A stretch of 63,309 nt of DNA, filler included, from Conidiobolus incongruus B7586 (GCA_000697335.1; 5 parts of 5 records of this genome joined end to end with filler, not necessarily neighbours in it); one strand, 5' to 3'. Counted from the whole stretch's first letter, positions 26,901 to 41,568 are shown. The notes: a model not told the origin generated them from the sequence alone. Numbers and translations: made by a program.

Positions 26901-29900
26901 TGTTAATACTAGCGTAAATTTGATCATTTATTTATTCTCACTGATAAATATTGATATTTGAAAAATCAAAGTTTACTGTGAAATATGCCAATATGCATTA
27001 AATAAAAGATTAACGAACCTATAATTTTCATTGTAGAGGATCTAGAAATGGAAAGGTCATATAAATTTTCACTTACATCAACATGTATACTCTGATAATT
27101 GATACACTTAAAATTATGTCATATCATTATCATGAGTAAATTGTTTCAGGACTACATAATTAGATATTATATGTGAGTAATCGATAATTCTTTAAGGAAA
27201 TTATCATTATGTCTCTAGTTGTATTAATTCAAATAGTAATATTCAAGATTTATTAAGAATGAAAGATGATTATTTGATAAACTTAAATAAAACATGTGTA
27301 TCAGGATATTGATCAAAGAAATCAATGTAGTAATTATTTAGTTTATACTAAAGAAATATTTGTTTAAAACAAAATCCAAATTCAACAGATGAATTTATAA
27401 GATATGATCAAAAGGAATATTAAATAATGATCGTAGTATAATAACATGTTTGATCAGATCAAAATCAATGAAAGTTCTTGTTATGCTTTGCTTAATTTAA
27501 AATTCAGGTTTAATATTTTATTTGATCATGAATTAGATAATGATTGAATTATTATGAGAACAATTAAGTCAATTTCTATCCACTAATAATTTCTTTCATT
27601 CTCAATTATCTATTGACATCATTTTCAAATTGAGGAATGTGTCTTTATTCAAATCAGACTATACAATCTTTTATCGATTCTTTTATATATTATTATTATT
27701 ATTATTATCTTTAAATAATGAGAAAAAAATGAAATTGAAATTATTATATTATATTAAGATTATTGGAATAAATAGTTATCCAAAATATAATAAATATATT
27801 CACAAATATTTTAAAAAGTATATCGCAATTATCATTATTAAAAAAAGATGGTTTGATTTATTTTAGATCAAGGTTCATTATTTCCTATTTGATCTTCTTA
27901 GTGCTGGATTTATTAATATGTAATAATGATAAATGTATGATTTGAAAACCAACAGGTCTATAACTTAAATTATACATGTGATGAAGTCATCTTTATCTCA
28001 TATTATATTTAAAATTATTAAACAAGTAACAAACATTGTATCATTTTTTTGATGATGATATAAACAAGTTTATAATGCTATATTTTTACACCATTTTTTG
28101 TTGATGATTTTAATCAATATCTCATAAATATGAACCAATCCATTGTACAAATTTGTATTTTTAGATAGAATTTGTGTTATGCCTATTGTTTCACCAATTA
28201 ATTGTTTTGATGTTCTTTTTGCATAATTCATCCATAAAGTTTACTTTGATTAGCGTGAATATTTATTAAGGGGAATTTATTAAACTTATCATGGATTTAA
28301 ATTATTTATTTGACTAATTGGGTGTAGTAGGAATCATTCACTATCAATTTATAAATTGGGACTAGCTACACTAGATTTCAATTTAATGTAATAGTCAAAT
28401 TATAAGTTTATTAAACATATTTTTTACTACCTAAATATTTATATAATCCAAAATAATTAAACTTGATTTGAATTCTATCAAAAATTGAATAATTTTAAGA
28501 ATAAGGCTTTAAAAACTATATTATCAAAAAATATAATAATATATTGAAAGTTTTTTGAACAATTGCTCAAAGAATATTGAATATTATCAAGATTAAAAAC
28601 TTTAACTATCATAAATTGATGAAATCATTTAAAATCTATAAAAAGAAATATAATTATGTTTTATAAATTTTTAATTATACAGTAAAATACATAAAATCAA
28701 TTTAAGTGAGAATTTCTATTAATCAATTGAAAAAAGTCCTAAATAATTTATTTTCAATTTATAGTTTGTATTTTAATAAAAATTTAAAAATAGATATCAA
28801 GTGTCCGTTTATTAAAATACACATTTGAAATATAACTGTTATAGAATGGTGTGATATAAATGATATACATTTTTATCTCAATACATAAGCCTATAGTGTA
28901 TAATTCAAACTAAGTAAATTGTTATATGTTTAAGTTGACCTTGTTTTCTTAATATAATCGTAGATAATAATTTTATAATGATTATAATAGGGTTTGATTA
29001 TGATTAAGCAAAATCTTATACTCTTCTAGACTCCAATTCATAAACTAAAATCAATATAAGTTTCCTAATTTAGAGATTTCAATGGTTCTCAATAGTGAAT
29101 TGAGTGACTATAAAACAGCTTTATTTAAATAATATAAAACATTGCACTTGAATATGTAGTAATCAATTTAGTAATCTATGCTCAATATTCAAATTGTTAG
29201 TATCATATTGGTATTGATATATAGTTATAAAGCAATATTAAACATAATTGATACAATTATACTATTCAAATTAATATTTTTGAAACATTGATTTCATTAC
29301 CTAGAATATTAATCCATAACAAAAATATTTAATTGATTGAAATTATGCATTAACTGAAAAAACTATCACCTAATTATTTTTATGTATCTTGACCCAATGG
29401 TATATATCTATCATATTTTAACTTTGGTTGATAAAAAAATATAGCGATTTTTACTGTAGCAGTATTGAAATAATGCTCCTATTCATGATACTCAGGTTAA
29501 ATCTTAGTAATTATTGATCTATTTTACAATAAATATTGCTCAAATTATATAATTAACATTAGTTGGAACATATCGCACCATATAAACTGTAAATTAAATA
29601 ATCAAATCGAATTTAGAAAATTAGATATTTTTGTTAAATTAATAAATTTTTAATAATATATTGTTTACAAGCTAAAATATCTTGCGATATATAATAATCT
29701 TTATCTTAAGTATGAAACTTTCATATTAGATATTTTTTATATGATCTTGTTTATAAATAATTCATATATTATTAATTCTAATTTATTTTATTTTTTTTCT
29801 ACAACTTGAAATATATTATAAAATATTAATAAATTTTAATAAATTTTAATTTATGATATACTCAAATTTTAATAATTAAAGAATTAAAAATTATAAATTA

Positions 29901-30049
29901 TTAATTATTAATTAAATTATTATTCAGGTAAATTGTAATATAGTACTATTTATGCTGAGAATATAAAGATATAAAAATGATATTTTAATTATTCAGAGAT
30001 ATAAAATAATTTATTTGAAATTTTGTTAATAATTAATGTTGATGTCATA

Positions 30050-30327
30050 TTTATTAGGTTCAGATAATCAATTGTCACATTTGACATCAGTTTTAGTCAA
30101 ATTTTTATAATTAAAACTATCAAGACCTATAAAATCAAAAGATAAAAATTATATTAAGTTCATATAAACTGGGTAAAGTTTTTTCATTTTTATGACTTTT
30201 ATTTATGAATTTCAATTTAAATTTTTAGTCGTAAACTCATTTTGATACTTCGAAGATTTGATTAAAGTTTAAATTTAGACCAGCGTCAATGTCAAATTTG
30301 ACAAATTGACTGTTGGTCCCTCATAAA
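30050..30327. mobile_element. Putative MITE (~275 bp) with ~55-bp imperfect TIRs
   Basis: 30050-30104 (...ATAATCAATTGTCACATTTGACATCAGTTTTAGTCAAATTT) is an imperfect inverted copy of 30271-30327 (AAATTTAGACCAGCGTCAATGTCAAATTTGACAAATTGACTGTTGGTCCCTCATAAA). The TSD could not be resolved. Confidence 0.55.
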
Positions 30328-31718
30328 TTTTTCATATATAATAATTTAACTTTTAATATAATGATTAGAAATTAGTCATTATTCACGTAAGAAATATAAA
30401 TTATTTTGTTGAAATTGATGACAAAAATTCAGCTAATGATGACTTTAATATCCAATAATTAACATTTGAAAATTTGATTGACTATACATTTGATCAATAT
30501 GTAAGCAACGAAGAAATTATTTGACCGTTAAAACCCAAATAAAAATTGCCAAATATTATATATATATTTTGATTAAACCAAATATATTGTATAAAAATGT
30601 TGAAGTAATATGAACTAAATTTTTAATCGAATAATAGTGATATTATATCATAAAAGAATTTTCCAATTTTCTCAATATTACTTAATCAAGTATGAATATA
30701 TATTATTTGTCTAAATATTATCATATAGAAATTTATCTCTTTATAATATTAATTCCGATATCCACTAATATTTTATATTTATAAATTTCCTTTATAGGAA
30801 AAGAACTATTTTTAATCATTTTTAACATAATTGTAAATAACTTAGATAATGTTTCCCTATTTATATTATTTATAATTTTCAAATTATATTCAAAATTTCA
30901 AAAAAAGATTAATATGAATTTATATAGATATATTTTTTTTCAATATTTATAGTCAAGAAATATCTATTTGATATCACAACTTTAATATAATGACGTATTT
31001 AATTTTAACAATATATTATTTGATAAAAATTAAATCTAAAATATTGTTTAATAAAACTAAACATTAATATTTTAATATTATTTCTTGATCCTATTGGTTT
31101 TAATTAATTGGTATTTTATCTATCATTAAGTGGTTATTTTTAACTTATTTGATATTGATAATAATCAATATTTTACTAAATATTATATTCATTATTTCAA
31201 ATAAAATACTTAAATTAGATAAAAAATATAATGCTTAGTTATTGATTTTATAAACATATTAAATTTAGATTAATATTATAGAAATGAACACATAGATTAT
31301 AATTATATTTGAATAATAAATAATAATATATAAACAAATTTATTCTATGAAATTAATTTAATAATGATTTTTATCATTGATATTATATTATGTTCATTTT
31401 ATATTAAATTAACCTTATACTTTACTTATTAATATAAATTTTAAAAAATTAATAAATATCTAACCTTGGTAAATTTTTATATCAAATTTATCAAATTTGG
31501 TTATTTTCAATAATAATATTTTATTAAAAAATTAGTTTTTTAAATTCTTATATATATATTTCTATATAATTCAATTAACTCTAAATTATATAATTATATA
31601 TTTTTATAGTTAAATTAANNNNNNNNNNNNNNNNNNNNNNNNNNNNNNNNNNNNNNNNNNNNTTAATTAATTAANNNNNNNNNNNNNNNNNNNNNNNNNN
31701 NNNNNNNNNNNNNNNNNN

Positions 31719-32700
31719 AGTTTATCAATATTAATAACTTTTTATAATAATCTTAAATATAAAAATTTATCTATTTAGCTTTAATTAATATATCATTATA
31801 TTTCAATATAATAAGTATTTTTTAATATAATTAATATTAATTAAAATAATATGATTTTATAAAACAAAATTTATCAACAATTAGAGCTTTTAAATATATA
31901 AGATAAATATATATCATTAAAATGATTATTGTAATAAGTATCTATTTATAAATATAATACTTGTTAGAATTTATCTAAAGGTTATTTTATTTTAACTTAT
32001 AACTCGGATTTATATTTTGATAAAGAGTTAATTAAAAATTTCTATTATATCAATTATAATAAGTTCATTTTATAATAATAACTTAATAAGACCTCAAATA
32101 TAATTATTTTAGTTTTTTTTTCAAACTTTTGTTAAATTATAAGTTATTTTTTTTATTTTTTTGTTTAATTCAACAAAGTTTGGATATTTAAATATTTTAT
32201 ATATTATATATTTAATGTATGATTAAATTGATTTTTTTTTATTAATAAAAAAATATTTTTCAATATAACTTTTTATTCTATAGATTAAAAAATTATAGTA
32301 AAAATTAATCTTTAAAATTTTGATAAATTATGAATAATATACTTTTTAGCTTTAAAAACATAGATCTATTGATAAATGGTAATTTTGAATAAACTATTAT
32401 TTTTATGAGTTTTTGCAAATTTTTAATAATATTTGAGGATTTGTAATTAAAAATTAGTACTACCAAAATAAAACCATTTTAAATTATTATTAAATATAAA
32501 CAAAATTTAATATAATCTTAAATTTGATAAAAATATTATAATGAAAAATTATTAATATATTATTCAATAATATCAATTATATTACATATTCTGAATATCA
32601 TATATTTTTTCAATCTAATAATAAACTTAAAAGTCAATAATCAAAAAACTTATTATATTATTTTTTAAACTAATAATAAGTTAAAAAATAACAATATAAA
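31719..32700 (-). mobile_element. Possible heavily decayed Tc1-like relic
   Basis: Extremely AT-rich and gap-adjacent. Minus-strand fragments FINKKK (like FTDEKK) and I*GLI (like IWGxI) occur in the expected order. Confidence 0.3.
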
Positions 32701-34781
32701 TTAAATCTTCAAATTATAATATATTTTAAATAATTTCTTTAGTTATTAATTAATTTACTCATTAATATAAAACTAGTTAAAAATTATTTTTTTAATTAAT
32801 TTATAAATATTAATAATTTCAAAAGATAAATAGTTAAATATTAAGGCCAAATAAGTATAAATTGATTACAGACTTAGGTAACCTTATATAATATTTATAA
32901 AAAATGTTGATAATATGAAATATTATCATTATTGTTAAAATTTTATAACCAAACCCTAATTTTTCCCCAATATGAGTCTTAAACATTTATAAAAGTAATT
33001 TAACAAAAATTTCAAACTATATAATATTAAATATAACTTGATTAAAAATAAAGATAGAATAATACTACTTTCTTTAAATATATTAGATATAGATTCACCA
33101 AATAATTAATTCCATATTATAATTGTTTTTTTTTAAAATCTTAAATAAAAGTTTATATTATTCTACTTGACAATAGTCAATATAGTTTATTAATATAAAA
33201 ATAAATATTCCATTTAAAATATAATCTTTAAGTAAATTAGGTATTTATAGTTTATTAGATAATATAAAATTAACAATCAAATGATAATAAATACAAAAAG
33301 GGTTTATTAATAAAGAATAGTGTCTTCAAATCAATTAGTAATTGATACCTCAATTTAGATAGTTAAATTAGTTTGTTCTTAATAAAAGAATTAGTGTGCA
33401 TTTAATTACTATATAATTAATAATAATAAGTAAATAGATTAATAAGGAAACTATATTATAATATTAATTAATATAAAAATAAAAATTTGAATAATCATTG
33501 TATCGTATTGATATACTAAAGTTCACTAATATATTTGTAAAAAATAATATTTTCATAACAAAACAATTAATGTTAATATATTTATAAATATTCTCTTTCT
33601 TATTTAATATTTAATTTATTAAAATATAATAGTATATTTGAATTTTCAGAGATTATAAATTACTTATCCAATTTTCAAATATTTTTTTTTATATCTATAA
33701 TAATAAAATTTAAATATATTTGTATATCATTATTATAATAGCTTGACTATATTCAATGATAATCAAGTTTAAAGTTTAATTTAAATTTAATATCATATAT
33801 ATAAATATATATCATAATTTTTACTTTTATTATTTAATCACTATACTATTAGACTTAATTGAATTTTATAAATTATTAAATCAAATAAATACTGTTATTT
33901 AAAATATGATAAAAAACTGATTTTCTTGATTTTTATCAAAATTTAGTATTAAATAAAAATATATTCAATTGGGATAATTAAACTTAATTTGTTACGACTT
34001 TTATATTTAAATCAAATCAAATAATTCAATTTTAAGCTTATTGATAAAAATGAAGTAACTTATTCATATAATAAAAGATATATTTTAATAATTTATTTAT
34101 AATATCTAACTAATAATATAGTAAGTGAATAATAATAATCAAGGGCAAAGAAAACTGATTTCCTAATATTTTAAGGAAATATGAAAACTTAATACTTGAG
34201 TATTAAAGGATTAATTAGAAATAATAAATATTTATTAATATTTAAGCCTTGTTGGATTAAGTTTTGAATAATATATTTATATTAAATAATAACAAAAGAA
34301 AATTCTATACATAATTTTGAGATGTATGTATAATTAATAATAATGAATACTTTATATTTACAAGCATGAATCAATATAGTATATTTATCCATCATAAATT
34401 TTTTTTATTATATTAAGGTTTATTTAAATAATTCTATTATTGATATAAAATATTATAATAATAAATTATTAAAAATAATATTATATTATATAAATAAATA
34501 TTAAATTATACTATATTTTATTAAATTAATTAAATATAGTTATATTTAATAAAGATAGTAATATCTAATTATATTACTTGGTAAAAAATAAAGATAAATT
34601 ATAATTTCATAGCTATTATATTAGTTAATTTAAAGATTTAAATTAAATATTTTGATATTTTGGTTGAATATTAGTACTAAAAACTTAAGTGTATTAATAT
34701 ACTATCTAATATAATATGGTATGATATGATATGATTTAATATAATATATGTTTATTTTTATAAGGTGAGGAGATTGATATA

Positions 34782-35753
34782 TTAAACTGTCAGTAGCAAT
34801 TTTCCAGTATTTTTACCACTTTCTAAATCAGTATGGGCTTTCTTAATTTCGTTGAAAGAATAAATCTTGTAAATGTTTTCGGGAATTACCCCATGTTTGT
34901 GTAATTTGAATAATTCATTTGACCAATGCTCAAATTCTTCTTGAGTTTCAATGAATCCAGATAAAGTTGTACTCATTAGTCTAATATTCTTAGCTGATAA
35001 TTTGGAAATTTTCACAGGATCAACAGGACCGCTGATATTTCCAAAACTGACCAAAGTTCCTAGTCTTCTAATACTAGCTAAGCTGGCCTCGAATGTGGTT
35101 TTTCCTACACTGTCAAATATGGCATGAGCTCCAAGATTATTTGTGATTTCGTTAACTCTTTTAGCAATATCTTCGACTTTATAATTAATGATATGATGGG
35201 CACCAGCTTTGCGAGCAATTTCAGCTTTTTCAGCACTAGAAGTGGTACCAATGACAGTGGCACCAAAATGATTAGCAAGTCTGACCAATTGTTGACCAGT
35301 ACCACCTGCAGCAGCATGAATTAGAACATAGTCATTTTTCTTGATTTTATAAGACTCTTGAACCATGGTAAGTGCAGTTAATCCTTGTAGCAAAATAGCA
35401 GCGGCAATTTCGAAAGAAATAGAATTAGGAATCTTCGCTACACGAAACCTTGGTACTAAATTATATTCACTATAAGAACCAGGCCAGACATATACGACAC
35501 GATCCCCGATTGAAAGATCATGAACCTTGGAACCATAAGCTTCAACGATTCCTGCAGCTTCCATTCCTAGAGTGCCAGGAAGTGGGATGGGGTAAAGGCC
35601 GGAGCGATGATAAATATCGATATAATTGACACCAATTACTTGATTTTTGATAAGGACTTGATTGGGACCTGGAGTTGGTTTAGTCAAATTGACATATTTC
35701 AACGCATCAATATCACCAGTTTTTTCAATTTGGATAGCTTGATAAGTGCTCAT
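34782..35753 (-). CDS. ZTA1: NADPH:quinone oxidoreductase, zeta-crystallin/Qor (MDR superfamily)
   Basis: Intronless 323 aa with GVNYIDIYHRSGLYP, LGMEAAG, LLQGLTA, the NADPH-binding HAAAGGTG, DSVGK, LVSFGN.SG and GKLLL. Confidence 0.92.
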   Translation of the reverse strand: MSTYQAIQIEKTGDIDALKYVNLTKPTPGPNQVLIKNQVIGVNYIDIYHRSGLYPIPLPGTLGMEAAGIVEAYGSKVHDLSIGDRVVYVWPGSYSEYNLVPRFRVAKIPNSISFEIAAAILLQGLTALTMVQESYKIKKNDYVLIHAAAGGTGQQLVRLANHFGATVIGTTSSAEKAEIARKAGAHHIINYKVEDIAKRVNEITNNLGAHAIFDSVGKTTFEASLASIRRLGTLVSFGNISGPVDPVKISKLSAKNIRLMSTTLSGFIETQEEFEHWSNELFKLHKHGVIPENIYKIYSFNEIKKAHTDLESGKNTGKLLLTV

Positions 35754-37961
35754 TTCAATTCTTTAACTTAATATATTAATTATATCGTTTCCATTCTTTT
35801 AATTCTTTATATAGACATTATGAATTGCACCGATCTTGAAGTTGCTGAATAATAAATATATTGAATAAACCATATCCATCTTAAAATTTAGCCACATTTA
35901 CTCTGATCTCTTGATATTTTTTCCAACTAAGTAAATTAGCAGTATTTTAAAATCTTCACTATCAATAAGACTAATATAATATAATTAATAATTCACTCAA
36001 TAGTTTTTCATTTTTATTTCTCGGGTAAAAATATAAATGAAAATGAAAATTATACATTATCTTTTTTATAAATTCTATAATTAATAATTTATAAAAGACG
36101 GGAAAATATTATTATTAGTTTACAGTGCACTTTAAAATCATAACAACAATGACTATCTTTTTAAATATATTTCATTATTCAACTTTATGAGTTTAATTGA
36201 TATTTTCTCAGGATCTAAATATAGTTATTTCCACTAATTCATCAAGATTTTATTTAATAATTCTCCCACATAAAAAATATTTGAAAATTCTCAAATTATT
36301 TGGTAAACAGTGTGAAAGTAATTATAGTTGATTTTAAAATTATTATCCAAATGGAGTAATAAGCGAAAAGCTAGATCATTTCATTGTACTACATGTAAAA
36401 ATTTAAAATTAATGAATTATAATAGTAGTAAATATATATTATATATTATCAACTCAAAATTTTTTTTTCTTAATTCTGCTTGAATTTATTTTTATTGATC
36501 AATATGTTATAAATTTTATACTGTTTATTTTTTACATTTAAGACAAGCTAAGAGGGTAAAAATATTCATACTAAATAAACAAAAAAATAAAATAGTCGAA
36601 ATTCAATAGTAATTGACCTTAGTGTTTAATTTTTATTGAAAATTTAATCAGAATCAATAAAAAATAATTTACAAAAGTTGGTGATATTTTTTACATATTA
36701 AATATAATAATATAATATATGTGTATATTAAATATTTTTACATTTAAGTTCATGTTCAGATAATAGAGAATTATTTTGAATATATCTGTTGAAAGCACTA
36801 GAGCTTGGCATATACATAATTATATATAGTCACTTTCAATAGTTAAGTATCCCAAAGTATTCACGAAAATTAATTTTTATTGCAATATATAGCAACAAAT
36901 TATAATTAATTAAATGTATGTATTTGACTAGACGGCAGTGGAATAGTATTATCAAAAGTTTTGGTTTACAATACATGAAACTGTTAATAAATATATTTGG
37001 TGATTCTCTTAAATACAAATTAGTGTATATTAAATAAGATGATGAGAAGATAGTAAATATTCACTGATAATTAGGAAATGATGATTTGCAAAGATATATT
37101 ATGATAGATTTTAACTTTGGGTATATTTATAATGTTAATAAATAGAATTATGATCTTTGATTGAAAATCAATATAATAAAACCAATTAGATAAATTTGAT
37201 ATCAATATATCTGCCAAATTTAATCTATCAATCATATATCAACACTATTGTGAAAAAATTTATACAATAACAGTTTTTGAATAAATTACAATGATGTTTA
37301 AAATCGAATAATAATTTAAATGATATTTGTGATATATTATTTTATCTACTGATTGCTCGATTTAAAATAATATTACAAAAGTATCAAGTAATTAAAATAA
37401 AAATATTAGATATTATAAATTTGTAGGTATTAAAATATTCTAAAAAATATAATTTCTTTAAAGCTCCAGTAATTAAACTACGTTAGTTAAGGAATCAAGG
37501 TTTTAATTACACTTGATAACTTCCAAAGAGTTTAATATTCATAGATTGTGAATTCTCAGATTAACACCCAGAAATATATCACACAAGGGAAATCGACAGG
37601 GCTGTATTTGGTCATTATTCACTGCCAAATTTATATCAACAACATCAGTAGTAATATTCTATAAAATTAGCTCAACTTGACTCGGGCTTGACTAATGTGA
37701 CTGTAGTCAGCAAATTGTATATTTGTTACTCTGAATATACTTGTTTTAATAATTTAAATACTCTAATAATTATGTTAAAATGTTTGAAATTATACTTAAC
37801 ATTAAATTGGGATTATCATTAAAAAATACACCTCTTATTATTGGAATAAAAAATTAAAAAAAAATATGTTAACAATGATCACAAGTAAAAAATAAAAAAT
37901 TAAATATTTGATTGTCAAGGATTAAAATATTGTCAATAATATTTGTATGAAAAAAAAAGAA

Positions 37962-38034
37962 TGGAGAATCGGGGTATCGATCCCCGTGCCTCTCGCATGC
38001 TAAGCGAGCGCTCTACCATTTGAGCTAATTCCCC
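37962..38034 (-). tRNA. tRNA-Ala(AGC)
   Basis: GGGGAATTAGCTCAAATGGTAGAGCGCTCGCTTAGCATGCGAGAGGCACGGGGATCGATACCCCGATTCTCCA folds as a cloverleaf with G3:U70. An oligo-T terminator lies just downstream. Confidence 0.97.
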
Positions 38035-38523
38035 ATACAAATCGTGTAACTTCATTTCCACAAATTCGATTATCTTCTAAGCTTTCATTTCTCTTTCAAT
38101 ATTTATTCATTCAAATTTTCCACTCAAAAATATTTAATTCCTTCTCATTTTTACTCATTTCCTAATATTCATTTAGTTTTTATATATTGTTTCTTTAACC
38201 CTTTTCATTCTTTAATCAATTCCTTACATTTTTATTATAACGTAATGTCCATTCAACTAAAATTTTTACTTTTCAACTTATATTTTATTCCATTATTTAA
38301 TACAATTTTGATTTTTTCAAAAATTTTAAACCAATACCACAATTTTTGAAAATCAAGATAAAATCAATCTGAAACCAATTACATTAAATTTATTAATCTG
38401 ATAAAATTTAAAAAATATCAATCTATCAAATTTGGAATAAAATTTTCAAAATTAAATGATATTATTATTTCAAAATTAGAATCTCAAACTCAATTTTAGA
38501 ATTGATATGGAAAAGCTATCAAT

Positions 38524-41072
38524 GGGCCAACTCAAATCTGTCCCACTTTTTCCAATTTTCAGTTTGACCAATTTTGGTTTTTGAAAAAATTAGTCACCCA
38601 GCCAAAAAAATCAAAAAAATTAGTCATAAAAAAATAGCTTACCAATTTTTTTGATTCATAAAATCCACCTGTTTTCTCCTATAAACTATGAAAATAAAGC
38701 TAAAAGTATATCATTGCATTTCACAGCAATGTGACTTTATTCTATATTAATTAAACAACTTTTATTTTGTGTTGAATATCACATAAATTTATTAACAAAA
38801 ACACTACTTTTAAGCTTTATCTTGTTTTTTCTCTTATGTCATCTATTATTAATACTAGTAACAACAATAAAAACTCCCTTGAACTATATTTAATAGAAGT
38901 TATACTTAATTAGTTAAGGTAAGAAGAAAACTATAAATCTTGGTGTTCTAATAAGTTAAATGCTTCTTTTCAAATATACAACTTTATCCCTATTTTAAAA
39001 GGAATAAATTACTTGAAGTTAAGAAAAAAACTTGATAAAATATTTAATCATGTAAAAACTCTCATTCACAAATTTAAAGCTGCTGAACAAGTTCTAATAA
39101 GTAAACAATGTAGTAGAAATAGTCTTTTATTTACAATAGTTAATATTATTATAACACAAGATAATTTAATTTTTAAAGCTTCTAATATAGCTTTTATAGC
39201 TTTTTCATTACATAACTAATTTTACTGTGAGGAATTAAATATTTTAAATAATAAAGAATAAAGTAGTAACTTTTACCTTTAGTTATTTTCTTTAAGTGAA
39301 AGCTTTAAAAGTATAAGAAACAATATAAGAAAAAAGAAAAGTACTTAATTTTCTTTTTTCTTTAAGATTATTAAAGAAAACATACAAAAGTAAAATAAAA
39401 TCTCAAAACAATAGATTAAGATATATTAACTATAAGAAGAATATTAGTTATAACTGTTAGAACAATAATAATTTTTAATAGAAAAACTTTTATAATTAAT
39501 ATAAAAGAATTTTAAAAAAAGTAATTAGTTTATATAATTTTTATTATTAAACAAAATATAATCAAAAGAATATATTTAAAATAGTTAACTAAGTGTTAAT
39601 TTGTGATAACATTACTATTTGTGATTTATTTAATTTAATAAGGTTATTATGTATATTGATTATATTTTGTTTATTATTATTAACATTAATATTTTCATTA
39701 GTTTTTTTCAATTCCTTTTTTTAAATTATAATTTTATTTATTAAAAAAAATAAAGTTGTAAAGAAAAGCAGTTGTATATATAAATATAGTAACAAATTAA
39801 TAAGCTTTTGTATTTTGTATATAATAAGGTAATAACCTTAAACAAAGAAAAATAGCTTTCTAGATACTAAAAGTTTTTTCTACTACAGATTACCTTTTAT
39901 TATATACAATATTAAATTCTTCTATTCTTTACTTTATAAAAGGAAAAGTAGCTTCAATCTAATTTCTTTGAAATAAAATAACTATAAATTTATTATTAAC
40001 ATAACTTATAAAAAATACAAATTAAGTATATTTATTTACTATTGATAATAAATTAAATTAAATATAAAACAATTATATTATTTATTATTATCTACAAGAA
40101 TATATTTTCCTTGTTTAAAGTATTTTTTTAATTCATTGAATAATTTAGATACTTTTAAAATACTAGAGTTATAATATATTTTAGGTTTCCTAGACTTAAA
40201 ATATATAAATTTATTTAAAGATAATATAATAGTTATATATTAAAGGTTGTGTATGTTTTTTCTATTGTAATATAACTATATGTGAAATATAAACTAATCT
40301 TCAAGTATAATATAACTACCATTTAAGTAACTAATATAATTATTAAAGGGGGGTTGTTTTAAATAAGATTCTTTTATATTATAATAATTTTCTAGCTAAA
40401 CTATTTAATCTTCTAGTTTTTCTCTAATAGAATATATTATTCTTTTAGTGTATAAAATAACAATTCCTTTTTTTATTCAGAACTTTTCAGCTATATCTTT
40501 TAAACATGCTTTTTTGTGATTTAGTTGGTAAAGTATAACTGCTAACTGAGTTTCTAAAAGTGTTTGTTTTCTTTAATAAGAAGAAATAAAGTTTATATAT
40601 AATTGTAAAATATTAGCAAGTTGGAAAAACTTGGCCCTTGGCATCTTCATCCATCTTTTAAAATCATTTTCTTCAAAAGGAAGTTTACATATAGACTACT
40701 GTAGCAAGTATAGTGTATATAACAAGTGTAGAGATATATATCTTGAGGTTTTTAATTCATATAATAATCTTAAAATTGCTGGATCATTTATATTCTTATT
40801 AAAGTTAACTATAATAAGGGTAATAAAGAACTCTACTGTTTCTTTTGTGCTAGGCATAACAAAAAAATAAAACTAGTGAAGTGATTTTGATGAATACTAT
40901 ATATTTTTTAGTTTGAGAAGAGGAATACTTGATTATTAATTATTTTAAGACTTTAGAGTTAATTATAGGAAAACATCACTGAATTTTCTTTTTGGGACAC
41001 ATTTGAGCACATTTTTAACATTTTTCGAAAAAATCAGGAAAATTAGGAATCAGGACAGATTTGAGTTGGCCC
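38524..41072 (-). mobile_element. PIF/Harbinger-superfamily DNA transposon relic (2549 bp), perfect 20-bp TIRs, AAT TSD
   Basis: AAT|GGGCCAACTCAAATCTGTCC...GGACAGATTTGAGTTGGCCC|AAT. The minus strand at ~40690-40140 translates DFKRWMKMPRAKFFQL...QLAVILYQL...IAEKF...IV*L...FNNYISYLNGSYI...YYNRK...RKPKIYYNS, a decayed HARBI1/DDE_Tnp_4 (CIGxLDGSHI, YYNRK, GxPGxxHDS). A convergent second-gene relic lies on the plus strand around 38690-39600. Confidence 0.9.
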
Positions 41073-41568
41073 AATATTTTGGAAAGATTTAAATATATAT
41101 ATATCATAGGATTTTATTTGAATTGATTCAAAAACTAGATAATACATTCTTTTAATATTATATTCTTCAAAAATCTAATATTTATTAATTTCCAAAACCA
41201 AGGGAAAAAATTAAGATGAAATTCATATTAAAAAAATAGTTAATCCAATCCCATAATTTTAAATTGATTAACTAGCTAATGCGAACTGGATATCAATCAA
41301 TCAATCCAATATAAATCCAACAAATTCACCGATTTCCAAGTTTAAAAAATTGATTCAACTATCTTACCACAAGAAAATATAAGGATCATAGTCTAATAAT
41401 ATTATTATGATAGTTGATATTTTATTATAATTGTTAATTAATTTATTTTTTAGTTAACCCTTCTTTATTACATTAATATTATTATTTGATATTACCAACT
41501 TTCAATCCAAATTATAAATCTTTTTAAAATAGAAATTTATTTAGTGTAAACTCTCAAACTATAAGCAT

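Noticed and set aside
28060..28260. Short minus-strand frame with a fasciclin-like NGLVHI motif
   Set aside because: A single short motif with no start codon or splice support.
34782..35753. Intronless Qor-like gene as a bacterial horizontal transfer
   Set aside because: ZTA1-type enzymes are normal in fungi, and other host genes here (MDM31, bZIP) are also intronless. There is no sequence evidence for transfer.
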